64,000 nt of DNA, from positions 123,578-187,577 of the forward strand of contig JAZKFH010000002.1 in the NCBI GenBank assembly GCA_040386535.1. Reading direction: 5' to 3'. Under the pieces are notes generated by a model. That model saw nothing but the letters and a program-made list of their open reading frames with translations. It was not told the DNA's origin and did not search any database. Origin of the DNA: Myxococcota bacterium. GTDB taxonomy: Bacteria; Myxococcota_A; UBA796; SXON01. This document shows positions 1-8,078 of this stretch, in pieces; positions within the stretch are counted from its first letter, which is position 1, and every line of letters starts with the position of its first letter. The translations under genes and the position numbers were made by a program.

Positions 1-2
1 AC

Positions 3-1292
3 GGCGACGCGCTCGTGCGCGGCTGGGCCCTGCGCGCCTGGCTCGGCGTGGCCTCCGAGGCCGCCCGCCTGGACGGCATCACGCTCGCCTCGGATGACCC
101 CGCGGTGAACGTGCGCATCGCCGCCGCCCGCGGCGCCGCCAAACACGCGGGTCCGGGCCTGACGCCCGTGCTCGTCCGGCTGCTCTCCGACCCCGATCTC
201 TCCGTCCGCATCGAGGCCATCGCGGCGGTCGGCGCGGCGCCCGAGGTCGACGCGAAGAGCCTGCTCGCGCGCCCGTTCGCCTCCGACATCCCCGAGGAGC
301 GCGCCGCCGCGCTCCGGGCGCTGGCCCTCAAGAAGGCCCTCCCCGACAAGGCCTCCAAGTGGGCCGACCCCTCCGAGCCGATGATCGTGCGCATCGCCGC
401 CGTCGAGGCCATCCGCGACCGCAATCGCCTGCTCGCGCTCGCCTCCACCGCCAAGGAGCCCGCGATCCGAAGCGCGGCCGCGGGCGTGCTCCTGGAGGAC
501 GCGCCGCGGCAGGCCGAGCTGATCGCGCTGCTGGGCGGCGCCGACCTCACCATCGCGCAGGCCGCGGCCTCGGCGATGAAAGAGGCGCCCGATCCCGCCG
601 CCGAGCCCGCGCTCCTCGCCTATCTCGAGCGAAAAGGGATCTCCGCGGAGCAGGCGGTCGAGGGCGTCAAGGCGCTCGCGGCCCTGTACGACACCGGTCG
701 CCTCCCCCGTCCGGGCGCGGCCGCCGGCGCCGCCATCCGGCCCTGGCTCCGTCACCCCGCCATCGAGGCCGACGCCGAGCGGCTCGCGGCGTTGTTGGGG
801 GTCGCCCCGCCCCGTCGGCGCCATCCCGCGCGGCGCCTGCCCCTCCTCGGCGACGCGATGCAGATCCGCTCGGCGCGCATCTTCACCAGCGAGGGCGAGA
901 TCCGCGTGGCGCTCACCCCCGAGGCCGCGCCCTACACCGTGTGGAACTTCGCGCGCCTCGCGGAGGACGGCTACTACGACGGCCTCCGTTTCCACCGCGT
1001 GGTGCCCGACTTCGTCATCCAGACCGGCGACCCCCGCGGCGACGGCTGGGGCGGCCCCGGCTACGAGATCCCCGACGAGATCAACACGTTGACCTACGGC
1101 ACCGGCGTGATGGGCATGGCGCTCTCCGGCCCCGACACCGGGGGCAGCCAGTGGTTCATCACGTTGTCCCCGCAGCCGCACCTCGACGGCACCTACACGG
1201 TGTTCGGCCACGTCACGTACGGCATGCGCAGCGCCTCCGCGATCCAGGTGGGCGACACCATCGATCACATCGAGATCGAGCGGATCCCCTGA
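3..1292 (+). CDS. HEAT-repeat protein with C-terminal cyclophilin-type peptidyl-prolyl isomerase (5' truncated by window)
   Basis: Ala/Leu-rich HEAT-like repeats (DPxxxVRxxA) followed by cyclophilin motifs YYDGLRFHRVVPDFVIQTGDP, MALSGPDTGGSQWFI, HLDGTYTVFG; frame open from window start. Confidence 0.9.
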   Translation, partial: GDALVRGWALRAWLGVASEAARLDGITLASDDPAVNVRIAAARGAAKHAGPGLTPVLVRLLSDPDLSVRIEAIAAVGAAPEVDAKSLLARPFASDIPEERAAALRALALKKALPDKASKWADPSEPMIVRIAAVEAIRDRNRLLALASTAKEPAIRSAAAGVLLEDAPRQAELIALLGGADLTIAQAAASAMKEAPDPAAEPALLAYLERKGISAEQAVEGVKALAALYDTGRLPRPGAAAGAAIRPWLRHPAIEADAERLAALLGVAPPRRRHPARRLPLLGDAMQIRSARIFTSEGEIRVALTPEAAPYTVWNFARLAEDGYYDGLRFHRVVPDFVIQTGDPRGDGWGGPGYEIPDEINTLTYGTGVMGMALSGPDTGGSQWFITLSPQPHLDGTYTVFGHVTYGMRSASAIQVGDTIDHIEIERIP

Positions 1293-1302
1293 CGGAGTGA
1301 GG

Positions 1303-1378
1303 GTCTCGAGCAGGCGCGGGGCGCGGTCCCCGGCGCCGGTCCGCTACCGCGTCCCGACACCGACCGCGCCCCCGAGAC
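1303..1378. terminator. Inverted repeat between convergent genes (possible bidirectional terminator/stem-loop)
   Basis: GGGGCGCGGTC (1318-1328) pairs with GACCGCGCCCC (1362-1372); outer GTCTCG (1303-1308) pairs with CGAGAC (1373-1378); no U-tract. Confidence 0.4.
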
Positions 1379-1393
1379 ATCTTCGCTCGGGTG

Positions 1394-2347
1394 TCACCCC
1401 CAGACCCGCGCGACCATCCCCGCGTGCAGGCGCCGCACCGCCGCGGCGTCGGGCAACCCGAGCACCGGCGGGTAGGCGATCGTCGCCAGCGAGCGAACAG
1501 CTGCGCGTCGCGCCGCGACCACCCGCCTCCGCTCCGTCGGAGCCAAACGAGGCAACACCCATACGTGCACCGCGTGCGCCAGCTCGGCGTGCCGCGCCTC
1601 GTCCACCGCGATCGCCGCCATGGCCTCGGCGACGCGCGGATCCTGGGCCTCCCGGGCCTGGTGGAGCGCGACCACGGCCGCCCACGTCTCGTTGACACAC
1701 CCCTCGACCGCGTTCTCCAGCGCGATCGCCGCCAGGGCCCGGTTCGGGACCGCGCGGACACGGGCCCGCGGCGGGGTCACCCCGTGCGCCCGCGCCAGCC
1801 CGCCCATGACGCGCGCGTGGCGCACCTCGTCGCGCGCGGCCGACCGCGCGGCGTCCACGAGGGCCGCGGGCGCGCCGTGCTCCACGAGCTCGCGGGCAAG
1901 GCGCGCGAACGCCGGCACCGACGCCGCCTCCGCGTGGGCCGCGCGCGCCAACCAACGCGCCGCGCCGCTTCCCGGGAGCCGCGCCCGCGCGAGGCCCGCG
2001 GGCCGCCGCCCCTCGCAGACCGTGTCGTAGCCGCACGTGAGCACGAGCCCGCCGTCGTCGGTGGGGGCCTGCCCGTCACACGACACGGCATCGCCGTAGA
2101 AGGTCATCGCCTCTTCGCAACGGGCGCGGCACTCCTCCTCGGACACCACGTTGTCCTCCCCCGCGAGGATCACGAGCTCCTCGGCGGAGTACGTCAGCTC
2201 CTCGGTGCGGTGCTCCTGCACGAAGCCGCAGCAGGAGTGGTTGCAGCCGGTGTCGTCGACGATGACCGGATCGGTGTCGCCCGTGTCCTTGTCGTCCGTG
2301 GAGGGGCAGCCGGCGAGGATGGCGAGCAGCAGGGGGGTGAGGCGCAT
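1394..2347 (-). CDS. Lipoprotein with ferritin-like (diiron-type) domain
   Basis: Start re-picked at MRLTPLLLAILAGC (lipobox); Cys-rich region, then CEGRRP and EAASVPAF...DEVRH...ENAVEGCVNE...DEARH. Confidence 0.85.
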   Translation of the reverse strand: MRLTPLLLAILAGCPSTDDKDTGDTDPVIVDDTGCNHSCCGFVQEHRTEELTYSAEELVILAGEDNVVSEEECRARCEEAMTFYGDAVSCDGQAPTDDGGLVLTCGYDTVCEGRRPAGLARARLPGSGAARWLARAAHAEAASVPAFARLARELVEHGAPAALVDAARSAARDEVRHARVMGGLARAHGVTPPRARVRAVPNRALAAIALENAVEGCVNETWAAVVALHQAREAQDPRVAEAMAAIAVDEARHAELAHAVHVWVLPRLAPTERRRVVAARRAAVRSLATIAYPPVLGLPDAAAVRRLHAGMVARVWG

Positions 2348-2381
2348 GTACGGACGATAGCCGGGTTTGTGGGAGGTGGAC

Positions 2382-3329
2382 TTACACCACCCCTGCGTAG
2401 ACCGCCGTCGTCCCCGCGACCATCCGCGCCACCGAGAACCCCTCCGCCCGCACGATCCCCTCCCCCAGCGGCCGCGTGAGCGACGCGCGCATGCCTGCCG
2501 CGAGCGCGACGGAGTCGCCCGGCGGGACGAGCATGCCCGCGTTCCCGACGATCTCCGGCAGGCCCCCGGCGCTAGTGGCCACCACGCGGCACCCAGCGCC
2601 CATCGCTTCGAGGACCACCTGCCCGAGGCCCTCCTCGACCGAGGGGTGCACGAAAACGTCGAGCGCCGCGAAGAAGGCGCCCAGCGTTGGGAGCGTCCCC
2701 AGGAAGTGCACGCGGCCACGGAGCCCGAGCGTCGTGACGCGGGCCTCCAGGATCGCGCGGAGGGGCCCGTCTCCCGCGACCAGCAGCGTGCCGGGCGTGT
2801 GCACCATCGCGTCCACGAGGTGGACGTGGCCCTTGTGCGGCACGAGCGCGCCGGCGGCGCCCCAGAACGGCCGCTCGGCCTCGATCGCGAGCGGTGCTTC
2901 CCGCGGAGGGGCGACGACGCCGTCGTGAACCACCAACACACGCTCCACGCCGGCCGCGCGCAGGATCCGCGCCACCGCCTCGCTGACGGCGACGGTCGCC
3001 GCGACGGGCCGGTACTTCCACGGGTGGCGCGGCGCGAAGTCGACGCGGCGGTGCACCACGAGCGGGCGCCCCGCGAACAGCGCGATGCCGTGCGCGTGGG
3101 GCGTGTGCGCGGCCACGAGATCGTAGGGGCCCGCGGCGCGGCGCAGGCGCAGCACGTTGCGGGGATCCCCACCCGGGTGGAGCGCGACGGCCGGCGGCCC
3201 CACGAGCGCGGCGAGCGGCCCGTCGGGGACACCGGCCCAGGCGTCGTCGGGGCGCCCGGCCAACAGGTACACGAGCTGACGCTGGCCGCCGCGGAGCTCC
3301 AGCGCGGTGTCGACGTGGAGGGCTCTCAC
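2382..3329 (-). CDS. GT4 glycosyltransferase
   Basis: GTG start overlaps upstream TGA; LRGGQRQ, HKGH, PSVEEGLGQVVLEAM, GGLPEIV motifs. Confidence 0.9.
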   Translation of the reverse strand: MRALHVDTALELRGGQRQLVYLLAGRPDDAWAGVPDGPLAALVGPPAVALHPGGDPRNVLRLRRAAGPYDLVAAHTPHAHGIALFAGRPLVVHRRVDFAPRHPWKYRPVAATVAVSEAVARILRAAGVERVLVVHDGVVAPPREAPLAIEAERPFWGAAGALVPHKGHVHLVDAMVHTPGTLLVAGDGPLRAILEARVTTLGLRGRVHFLGTLPTLGAFFAALDVFVHPSVEEGLGQVVLEAMGAGCRVVATSAGGLPEIVGNAGMLVPPGDSVALAAGMRASLTRPLGEGIVRAEGFSVARMVAGTTAVYAGVV

Positions 3330-4021
3330 GGGAGGGTGCGCTTCACCAGGGTCGCCTTCACCGGCCCCGCACGCGAGCGCACCAGCGCGGCGAGCGGCAC
3401 CCGCGCGGCGTCGTCGGTGATCCACACCGTCATCTTCGGCTCGACGTCGTCGTTGCCGTGGTCGGTCAACACCTCCACGCGATAGGTGGGCTGCCCATCG
3501 TAGAGCTCCACGGCGGCGGTCCACACGACCATCGGGATGGACTTGCGGCCCGTCCACACCTGGTAGTGCACGCGCTCCCCGACCGGCCCCGCCTCCTCAC
3601 GCAGGCGGTAGAACGCCGACACGGGGTCCTCCGCGGCGGGTGCGGGGGCGTAGCGGTCCTCCCAGCTGCGCGGGCCCTCGTCGAAGCGCTGCGTGTGCGC
3701 CACCACCACGGCATCCGCGGTGAACCGGTTGTCCGAGTCCTTCTCGAAGCGCCCCTCGCGGAACCGCGTCACGTAGCGGGAGGAGCCGACGCCGGGCGTC
3801 CACTCCGACCGGAGCAGGTCGTCGATGGGGTACATCGACGCGAGCCAGCCCGCGCTCTTCGCCCCCGCCTCGAACACCCACCCCGCGCGGCTCCCCGCCG
3901 TGGTCGACCACGCCGAGCCCGCGCTGATGCCCATCCACGAGATCGCCCAATCGAGGCGCTCACCGGCGGAGAGCGGGGCCTCGGCGGCGAGGGTGGTGGC
4001 GACCAGCCAGAGGGCGAGCAT
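3326..4021 (-). CDS. DUF3108-like secreted protein
   Basis: Signal peptide; GERLDWAISWMGISAG, DPVSAFYRLR, VWITDDAARVP pattern; often found beside LPS genes. Confidence 0.75.
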   Translation of the reverse strand: MLALWLVATTLAAEAPLSAGERLDWAISWMGISAGSAWSTTAGSRAGWVFEAGAKSAGWLASMYPIDDLLRSEWTPGVGSSRYVTRFREGRFEKDSDNRFTADAVVVAHTQRFDEGPRSWEDRYAPAPAAEDPVSAFYRLREEAGPVGERVHYQVWTGRKSIPMVVWTAAVELYDGQPTYRVEVLTDHGNDDVEPKMTVWITDDAARVPLAALVRSRAGPVKATLVKRTLP

Positions 4022-4060
4022 CCCCTCCACCGTAGCGCGGGCGCGCCGCCGGAGGCGCTC

Positions 4061-4786
4061 CTAAAAGTTGACCCGACGCTCGGTGGAGGGCTCGTCCATG
4101 CGCGGCGCCATGCGCGGGCCGGTCGGCTCGACGGGGGCAGGCGCGGCAGAGCGCTGGGGGGCGGTGTCGGTCACGCCGGAGGCGCCCGTGCCGGAGGAGG
4201 GCGAGGACGACGAGCGGCTCGCGGCCGGCGGCTCGGACGGGGCGAAGCCGATGGGCTCCGTCGGGTCGCTGGGGAACAAGGGCTCGTCGTAGAACGGCTC
4301 CTCGTCCGCCTCGGCGCGGGGATCCTCGGCGGGGAGCTCGACCGCGCCGGCGCCCTGCCCAAAGCTCAGGGCCCGGGTCTCCGTGCGCGCCTCGGCACGG
4401 GGGCTCGGGGGCGCGGCCACGGGCACGACCTGCGTCGGCTCGACCGAGGCCTGCACGGGCACTGCGGCCGAGGCCGAGTCTCCCGCCACGACCGGGAGCG
4501 CGTCGAGGCCCGCCGTCGCGCTCACCGATTCTTCTTCGAGCGCGGCGTCGTTCTGGAGCCCGATCGCGACCGGGGTGCGCACCGACGTGCGCATGAAGCT
4601 CTGCACCCGATGGCACGGCACGATCACGATCACGCCGGTCAGCGGGCCCTCCGTCACCGAGAGCTGGCAGTCCCCACCGAACTCGTAGCGGGCGAGGTCA
4701 CCCTCGATGGTGGCGCCCGAGTCGAGCGTGATGCTGTCGGCCCGGGCGGGCGCGAGGACGGCGAGCGAGGCGAGGAGGAGGAGCAT
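4061..4786 (-). CDS. Hypothetical secreted protein with P/A/S/E-rich disordered C-terminus
   Basis: MLLLLASLAVLAPARA signal peptide; DSITLDSGATIEG beta domain; low-complexity tail. Confidence 0.7.
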   Translation of the reverse strand: MLLLLASLAVLAPARADSITLDSGATIEGDLARYEFGGDCQLSVTEGPLTGVIVIVPCHRVQSFMRTSVRTPVAIGLQNDAALEEESVSATAGLDALPVVAGDSASAAVPVQASVEPTQVVPVAAPPSPRAEARTETRALSFGQGAGAVELPAEDPRAEADEEPFYDEPLFPSDPTEPIGFAPSEPPAASRSSSSPSSGTGASGVTDTAPQRSAAPAPVEPTGPRMAPRMDEPSTERRVNF

Positions 4787-4843
4787 GATTCGGTCTCCGC
4801 GAGGAAGGGCTGGGCTCTCTGACACCTGAGCGCCCCGTTTGCG

Positions 4844-5647
4844 CTACCGCCATCGGCGATGAAGCCAGAGCCAGCCGTGGGGATATTCACGGATCCGGGC
4901 TTCGTACCACGCGTTCGTGGCATCGGTGAGGGCCTGGATATCGGCTGTGCGATCGCTTTTGTGAGGGGAAAGGTGAGGGGGAATCTCCAAGGGCGCGATG
5001 CAAAGATGGTGCCGCCCGACCCCCACGCGGTGTTGCCATGCGGCCCAGATCGGTCGGCCCGTCTTCGCAAACGCGGCCGCGATCCCCGCTGACGTCCGTG
5101 CCGGGCGCCCGAAGAACGGGCTCGGAATGCCCTTCGCGTGACGTTGATCCTGGACGAAAAACACCGCGCGGCCCCCTTCGAGCGCGGCATACGCGTCGTC
5201 CATCGTGGCGCCCGTCTCCAGCGCGACCAGATCGTGGCGCGCACGGTGCTCCGCCAGGAACTGGCGTGTCCACCGGTCGGACGGCGTCCGAAGGAAGATG
5301 GCGAGCGGGAACGTGTCCGCCCAGGCGAGCAGCGCCACGTCCCACGAGCCGCCGTGACCCCCGAGCACCAGGGCTCCGGGAGGCAGGTGCTCCGCGCCTT
5401 CGACCGTGATCGTGAGGCGATCGAACTGGAGAAGCTCGACGTACCCGAGGGCGAGGTCGTGCATCATCCGGGTGAGGACGGGCCGCGGCGCCACGTCGGG
5501 GAGCGAGGCCCGGAGCGCATCGACCGCGTCGCGTCGCCGGATGGGGAGGATCCACCACCACAACCACGCGATCCCCCAGGCCAGCGGATCCGCGACGCGC
5601 AAGGGCACGCGCGCGAGCACGGCGACCAGGGCATCGCGGGGGTCCAT
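4844..5647 (-). CDS. Lipid A biosynthesis acyltransferase (LpxL/HtrB family)
   Basis: ATG coupled to upstream TGA; GHGGSWD (HxxxxD/E), VQDQ, PFFGRPA, YPHGWLWLHRRWR. Confidence 0.85.
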   Translation of the reverse strand: MDPRDALVAVLARVPLRVADPLAWGIAWLWWWILPIRRRDAVDALRASLPDVAPRPVLTRMMHDLALGYVELLQFDRLTITVEGAEHLPPGALVLGGHGGSWDVALLAWADTFPLAIFLRTPSDRWTRQFLAEHRARHDLVALETGATMDDAYAALEGGRAVFFVQDQRHAKGIPSPFFGRPARTSAGIAAAFAKTGRPIWAAWQHRVGVGRHHLCIAPLEIPPHLSPHKSDRTADIQALTDATNAWYEARIREYPHGWLWLHRRWR

Positions 5648-7764
5648 CACCCCGCGGCGCCGGTCGGGCGCACGCCCTCGGCCACGCGCTGCGCGAGGGC
5701 GCCGAGCCGGGCCTCGAGCGCCGCGCGGCCCTCCACGATCTCGATGTCGATGAGCAGGGCGTGCACCGCCGCGCTGGGCGGGAGCCGCGCCGAGTCCTTC
5801 TCGGTGGTGACGACCACGTGATCGTCGAGCCACGCCTCGATGCTCTGGAGGTCGGACCACGCGTACGGGTGATGGTCGGGGAAGATCCACGCGCGATCGA
5901 GCGACACCCCGAGGTCGCGCACATCCTGGAAGAAGCCCTCGGGCCGCGCGATGCCGGCGAACGCGGCGGCGGGTCGCGACGGGAGCGCGGAGAGCGGCAG
6001 GCGATGGCCCTGGTAGAGCCACCCGACCGGGCGATACCGGGCCTGCACCACGATGGCGCCGGGGCGCACGTGCGCGGCGAGCGAGGCCGGGAGTGGCCCG
6101 TGGTTGACCCACACGACGTCGGCCTTCTGGAGCCAGGACCGCGGCAGCCGCGCGGACCCCACGGGGATGGGACCGCCGCCGAGCGGCCAACGGGCGTCGA
6201 TGACGACGACCTCGAGGTCCCGCGCGACGTCGCCGTACTGGAGCGCGTCGTCCAGGATGGCGAGGCGGGCGCCCCGCTGCACGGCGGCCTCGATGCCGGC
6301 GAACCGGTCGGGCGCGGAGGCCACGCGGATGCCGCGGCGCGCGAGCATCACGAGCTCGTCGCCGAGGTCGGTCACCTCTCCCGTCAGGCGCACGTCGTCA
6401 CCGCGGCGGCGCCCGTACCCGCGCGAGACCACCACGGGATCGTACTCCGCGAGGTAGCGCGCGATCCACGCGGCGACGGGGGTCTTGCCCGTGCCGCCGG
6501 CGGTGAGCGCCCCGACCGAGACCACGGGCACGGCCGCGCGCCGGTTCGCGCGCGGGCGGAGCTGGACCCCGAGCATCCAGAACGGGACGAGCGGGTAGAG
6601 CCACGGACGGAGCGGGCGCTCGATCGGGATCGGGCCGGTCAGGAGCGGCGCGATCGCCTCGGCCGCGCGCGCGGCGGCGCCGAGGGCCGGGCGCGCGGGA
6701 CGCACGGCGGAGAAGGCCTCGACGAACGCCATCGGGAGGTCGTCCGGCGACAAGGCGGGGTAGCTCTCCACCTCGCCCCACGCCGCGGCGTGCCCATCGG
6801 TGAACGGGCCGTGCACCACGGGGCAGCCGGCCGCCTGGGGCTCCGCGGGGCTGTGCCCGCCCACCCGCGCGTCGAACGTGCCGCCGATGAAGGCCGCGCG
6901 CGCCTTCCCGTAGAGCCCGGCGAGCTCGCCGATGGTGTCGAGCAGGACGATCTGCACGTCAGCGGGGACTGAACTGCCCAGGCTGCTCCGCCGTGCCCAC
7001 CGCTCCCGACGCCCGTTCAGGAGCCGCGCCACGTCCTCGAAACGCGCGGGGTCTCGGGGGGCGAGCACGAGGAGCGGGCGCGGCTCCAGGACCCGCATGG
7101 TGTCGAGGAGAACGGACTCCTCCCCCTCCCACGTGCACCCCGCGACGATGGCCTCTCCGGGCCAGGTCAACGTCGGGCCGGGGACCGGCGCCTCGCGCTT
7201 GAGCTCCCCGAGCGGCGATCCGCCCACGATGGCGGCGGCTGCGGCGTCCGCGGGCAGCCACCGGATGCCACGGGTCAGCGCGGCCCACAACCCCGGCACG
7301 GACTGGATGCGGCGGAGACCAGGGCCGACCCGCGCGCCCACGACCACCACCGGGATGCCACGGCGCCGACACGCCCGAAGGAGCGCGGGCCACAACTCGG
7401 CCTCGACCAACAGAAGACAACGCGGGCGCACCCGATCGAGCCACGCGCCGACGACGATCGGCACGTCGACCGGCAGGCACGTGGTCTGGTCCGCGCCGGT
7501 ACGCTGGGCGCGGGCATGGTTGCTGGTGCAGGTGCGTAGGATCGGCGCGCCGTTCACGTGCGGGCGCAGGGCGGCCACGAGGGCCTCGGCCGCACGCCCT
7601 TCGCCGAGGGAGGCCGCGTGGATCCAGATGGCGCCGGGCTCGACTTCCAGGCGGACACGGCCGAGCCGCTCGCCGGCGTGGGAGCGGAGCCGGGGGTGGA
7701 TCACGACGATCAGCGCCACGAGCGGGAGGAGGAGCGTGGTGAGCAGGCAGTAGAGGAGGATCAC
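5647..7764 (-). CDS. waaA-lpxK: Fused Kdo transferase (WaaA/KdtA) and tetraacyldisaccharide 4'-kinase (LpxK)
   Basis: N-half IWIHAASLGE, EAELWP, LLDTIGEL, GGHSPAEP; C-half SVGALTAGGTGKTP, SRGYG, GDE, LDDALQ, FAGIARP, FPDHH, TTEKD; one continuous frame. Confidence 0.9.
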   Translation of the reverse strand: MILLYCLLTTLLLPLVALIVVIHPRLRSHAGERLGRVRLEVEPGAIWIHAASLGEGRAAEALVAALRPHVNGAPILRTCTSNHARAQRTGADQTTCLPVDVPIVVGAWLDRVRPRCLLLVEAELWPALLRACRRRGIPVVVVGARVGPGLRRIQSVPGLWAALTRGIRWLPADAAAAAIVGGSPLGELKREAPVPGPTLTWPGEAIVAGCTWEGEESVLLDTMRVLEPRPLLVLAPRDPARFEDVARLLNGRRERWARRSSLGSSVPADVQIVLLDTIGELAGLYGKARAAFIGGTFDARVGGHSPAEPQAAGCPVVHGPFTDGHAAAWGEVESYPALSPDDLPMAFVEAFSAVRPARPALGAAARAAEAIAPLLTGPIPIERPLRPWLYPLVPFWMLGVQLRPRANRRAAVPVVSVGALTAGGTGKTPVAAWIARYLAEYDPVVVSRGYGRRRGDDVRLTGEVTDLGDELVMLARRGIRVASAPDRFAGIEAAVQRGARLAILDDALQYGDVARDLEVVVIDARWPLGGGPIPVGSARLPRSWLQKADVVWVNHGPLPASLAAHVRPGAIVVQARYRPVGWLYQGHRLPLSALPSRPAAAFAGIARPEGFFQDVRDLGVSLDRAWIFPDHHPYAWSDLQSIEAWLDDHVVVTTEKDSARLPPSAAVHALLIDIEIVEGRAALEARLGALAQRVAEGVRPTGAAG

Positions 7765-8078
7765 GAGGGGGACCAGCCGTACCGGGACATCGGCACGCAG
7801 TCCCCTTCGCCGGCGCCCTCGAAGAGCACGCCCTCCTCCTCCAACAAGGCGCGTTGGAGCAGCCCCCGCGCCGGATCGCCCTGGAGCGCGAGGCGCCCGG
7901 AGGAGCGCAGCACCCGGTGCCACGGCACGGTCGTGTCGCGCGGCAGCGAGGCAAGCGCCCAGCCGACCTGCCGGGCGAGACGCGGCGAGCCGAGGACCGC
8001 CCCGACGTGGCCGTAGCCCATCACCCGCCCCGCGGGGACCTGCTCCACCACGGCGTACACGCGCTCGCGAAAGCTCAT
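7761..8078 (-). CDS. Alkyltransferase-like protein (ATL, MGMT family)
   Basis: VPAGRVMGYGHVG, ARQVGWAL and PWHRV (Trp in place of the catalytic Cys of PCHR). Confidence 0.9.
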   Translation of the reverse strand: MSFRERVYAVVEQVPAGRVMGYGHVGAVLGSPRLARQVGWALASLPRDTTVPWHRVLRSSGRLALQGDPARGLLQRALLEEEGVLFEGAGEGDCVPMSRYGWSPS

